NCBI GenBank assembly: GCA_965263355.1
Contig: CBDHHL010000032.1
Span: 2,400,001-2,464,000 of the forward strand
Source of the DNA: Leptolyngbyaceae cyanobacterium
GTDB taxonomy: Bacteria > Cyanobacteriota > Cyanobacteriia > Phormidesmidales > Phormidesmidaceae
Reading direction: 5' to 3'
DNA: 64,000 bases
The translations under genes and the position numbers were made by a program. A model generated the notes under the pieces. It made no database searches. It saw only the letters and a list, made by a program, of their open reading frames with translations, and had not been told where the DNA came from. This document shows positions 61,345 through 64,000 of the stretch, one piece after another (position 1 is the stretch's first letter; every line of letters begins with the position of its first letter).

Positions 61345-61483
61345 GGGTATCCACTCAAGCCGGGAAATTCTGGTTAACTAGGAATCTAGAATCCAGGAGC
61401 CAGAATGGAGAAGGGATATGGCTTCTGGCTCCTGACTTCTGACATCTATCCTTGGGAAAACTTCCCGCTTTAAGTTGGCACCC
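61345..61483. mobile_element. MITE of the GGGTRTCAACTTAAG TIR family with an 8-bp TSD
   Basis: Left GGGTATCCACTCAAGCCGGGAAA; right TTCCCGCTTTAAGTTGGCACCC; flanks TGGTTAAC / TGGTTAAT; internal inverted heptamer arms (CAGGAGCCAGAA / TTCTGGCTCCTG). Confidence 0.7.
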
Positions 61484-61625
61484 TGGTTAATACCAAACCT
61501 TAATTCGTTAAACCCGATTGAAATAGGTAATTTCATAGGGGCTGCCTTATACCAGCCCAGTAAGGGCCTATTAGCCAGGATTGCGTATAAGGTGTTTCCT
61601 TAAAAGGCCATAATCACCAATGCCC

Positions 61626-64000
61626 CTAAAGCATCGCCAACCGCTCTCGTAATAGCGTTGCCTGGGTCTCCGCCTCAGCCAGAGAATCCCGTGCCTCTTG
61701 AACCACATGTTCAGGAGCCTTATCCACAAAGCCCTTGTTGCCCAAGCGACCATTAATTGCCTGAATCTCTCCTTCTACTTTAGCTAGAGATTTCTCCAAC
61801 TTCTGTTTCAAGGCATCCACATCCACCAAACCCGTTAAGGGTATTAGCACCTGTACTGTGCCAAATACCCCTGCAAACATCTGACGTGTATCGCGGATAC
61901 CAACAAGCTTTCTTTCTCCTTCTGCTTCAAACCCTGGAACAGTATCATCGTTACTAAAGGTTCCAACAATTTCATCCCATAACCCGCTTGTATTATCCCA
62001 AAGCTGTCGACGGTTGGAAGCTTTAAGCAGATAGCGACCACCAAACCAGGTGGTGTAACCCACACCAATCATCTGAAAGAATCTGCTCACTGGTGGCAAA
62101 GTGTTAATCCCAGCTGCAATTGCTGCCGCTAATCTGATACCCAGTGCCGTTAGCAGTAACAACAAGACCACAGATGCGGGCTTTCTCGCAGCATTGTACA
62201 TCTGCCCCAGATAACCCAGCGGATATTTTAGCAGGGTTTGTATGGCCTCTATCCCATCACCCCAATCTATTTCGGGTAGCTCATCAGTCTCAGATTTATC
62301 AGAGCTATCTACGTTCTCTTCATCAGCACTGCCTGTTGTTTCTTTATCATCCCAATCTATTTCGGGTAACTCGTTAGTTTCGTTAGACGCTACTACTGTT
62401 TCTGTTGTCTCATCAGATGCCTCCGCCTCGGATGCTTTATCTGTATCATCTACAGTATATGCAACCCCTAGCTGCTTTTCCGCAGGGTCCGTTACAGTGC
62501 CACCGATGGTCAATGTCTCAACTTTAGCCGCATCTTTCAAATAAGCCTGAGTTGCCTTAAGGATACGTTTTTCATTAGCATCATCAGTCGTGAGAATTGC
62601 CTCAATCTTGGCAGATGGCTTCACCCCCGCTGCTGCTCGCAGATTGCGAATAGTGCGAATAGTGCCAATCAACAGGTCAAAGTCTTTCTCTAACTCAGCA
62701 TCTACTAGTTCAGGGCGAACGGTGGGGTAGGACTGTATCGCCAGATAGCTAGTCTCATCAGCCTGGGTGAGCGTGTGCCATACTTCCTCAGTAATATGGG
62801 GGGTAAATGGGTGCAACAGTTTGAGAATGCCATCTAGCACCAAGGCCAGAGTCTGTTGTGCCACCAGCTTGGAATCCTCGTCTTTTCCATACAGACGGGG
62901 CTTTACCAATTCAATGTACCAGTCACAAAAGTCTCCCCAGATGAATTCATATAGCCCCTTGGCGGCTTCACCCATGCCATACTTATCGAGATATTCTCGG
63001 GTGTTCGTAGTGGTTTGATTAAACTTGGAGAGAATCCATTTGTCTGATAGTTCTAACTTGGCAGGGTCAGGTTCGCCCAAATCTGCCGGAGTTTTGCCAC
63101 CCAAGTTCATCATCACAAACCGGGAAGCGTTCCACAGCTTATTGGTAAAGTTACGGGATGCTTCTACCGAGGAGGATTCATCGGTTTTACGGTTGTAGTC
63201 CAATCGGATGTCCTGACCCGCTCCAGCCACCTCACGGATCAGGGTATAGCGTAGGGCGTCGGTACCGTACTTGTTGATCAACACCAGCGGGTCAATACCA
63301 TTGCCCTTGGACTTAGACATTTTCTGGTTTTTCTCGTCCCGCACCAGACCGTGGATATACACGGTTTCAAAGGGCATTTTGTCGGTGAAGTGACCTGCCA
63401 TCATGGTCATGCGGGCCACCCAGAAGAAAATAATGTCAAACCCGGTTACCAGAGTAGTCGTAGGGTAATAGGTCTGGAAGTCCTTAGCTGTCTCATCGGG
63501 CCAGCCCATGGTGGAGAAGGGCCATAGACCGGAGGAGAACCAGGTATCTAAGACATCAGGATCCTGTCTGAGTTGAACGTCATCCCCAAACTGTTCCTTC
63601 GCCTTGGTGTAGGCGTCTTCTTCTGATGCCGCCACAAAAAATGGGGTACTGTCAGTAATTTCCCCATTACTTTGGCTAACGGCATACCAGGCAGGAATCT
63701 GATGGCCCCACCACAGCTGGCGGGAGATACACCAGTCGCGCAGGTTTACGAGCCAGTCACGATAGACCTTAGTCCAGCGCTCAGGCACAAACTTAGGAGA
63801 CTGATGATTATCCAGGGCGTCCAGGGCATTGTCTGCCATGGGTCGGATTTTGACAAACCATTGGGTAGATAATAAGGGCTCTACAGGAACCTTGCCGCGA
63901 TCGCTATAGGGCACAGTATGTTGATAGTCTTCCACCCGCACCAGAGCAGCTACTTCATCCAGAGCAGCTACCACCTGCTTGCGAGCTTCAAAGCGGTCCA
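61626..64000 (-). CDS. valS: Valine--tRNA ligase with a CAAD membrane-anchor insertion; 5' end outside the window
   Basis: [38 protein letters not shown], anticodon-binding domain, CAAD segment ([25 protein letters not shown]), C-terminal coiled coil ([10 protein letters not shown]). The frame stays open to the window end. Confidence 0.97.
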   Translation of the reverse strand, partial: DRFEARKQVVAALDEVAALVRVEDYQHTVPYSDRGKVPVEPLLSTQWFVKIRPMADNALDALDNHQSPKFVPERWTKVYRDWLVNLRDWCISRQLWWGHQIPAWYAVSQSNGEITDSTPFFVAASEEDAYTKAKEQFGDDVQLRQDPDVLDTWFSSGLWPFSTMGWPDETAKDFQTYYPTTTLVTGFDIIFFWVARMTMMAGHFTDKMPFETVYIHGLVRDEKNQKMSKSKGNGIDPLVLINKYGTDALRYTLIREVAGAGQDIRLDYNRKTDESSSVEASRNFTNKLWNASRFVMMNLGGKTPADLGEPDPAKLELSDKWILSKFNQTTTNTREYLDKYGMGEAAKGLYEFIWGDFCDWYIELVKPRLYGKDEDSKLVAQQTLALVLDGILKLLHPFTPHITEEVWHTLTQADETSYLAIQSYPTVRPELVDAELEKDFDLLIGTIRTIRNLRAAAGVKPSAKIEAILTTDDANEKRILKATQAYLKDAAKVETLTIGGTVTDPAEKQLGVAYTVDDTDKASEAEASDETTETVVASNETNELPEIDWDDKETTGSADEENVDSSDKSETDELPEIDWGDGIEAIQTLLKYPLGYLGQMYNAARKPASVVLLLLLTALGIRLAAAIAAGINTLPPVSRFFQMIGVGYTTWFGGRYLLKASNRRQLWDNTSGLWDEIVGTFSNDDTVPGFEAEGERKLVGIRDTRQMFAGVFGTVQVLIPLTGLVDVDALKQKLEKSLAKVEGEIQAINGRLGNKGFVDKAPEHVVQEARDSLAEAETQATLLRERLAML

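Noticed and set aside
1..64000. Many 60-200 aa ORFs overlapping the long genes on the opposite strand or in other frames (e.g. 15163-15771, 44034-44600, 53396-53821)
   Set aside because: They lie within well-supported genes, have no recognisable motifs and look like shadow ORFs.
1..64000. Frequent GCGATCGC octamers
   Set aside because: This is HIP1, a well-known cyanobacterial genome signature; used only as a taxonomic clue.

Overview
This is a 64 kb chromosomal window from a cyanobacterium. Evidence: roughly 25-30 HIP1 octamers GCGATCGC counted by eye, a ValRS with a CAAD insert, xisH/xisI, a PatA-type taxis operon and pentapeptide-repeat proteins. A filamentous Leptolyngbya-like lineage is an inference. 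No rRNA, tRNA, CRISPR array or intact transposase was seen. Main content: (i) two TpsA-like (haemagglutination-activity domain) proteins fused to caspase-like CHAT domains, a TpsB pore, and an exported TPR protein whose 8 cysteines all form C-X15-C pairs; (ii) a patA-cheY-cheW-MCP-cheA chemosensory operon; (iii) phoX with a candidate SphR Pho box; (iv) a 13 kb signalling locus built by duplication, with two convergent CheB-CheR-PAS paralogues (one lacking a kinase), an Rcp1-like regulator, and two REC-PAS paralogues with different outputs (GGDEF-EAL versus TPR); (v) housekeeping and accessory genes (ylqD-like, pdhC, DUF2157/GDYXXLXY, DUF1993, FdhF/YdeP, intradiol dioxygenase-like, valS); (vi) a pseudo-adenylate-kinase/thioredoxin fusion; (vii) three apparent frameshifts, an internally deleted Uma2 relic, and several MITE/REP-like families, some with target-site duplications. 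All calls come from reading motifs; no database search was possible.
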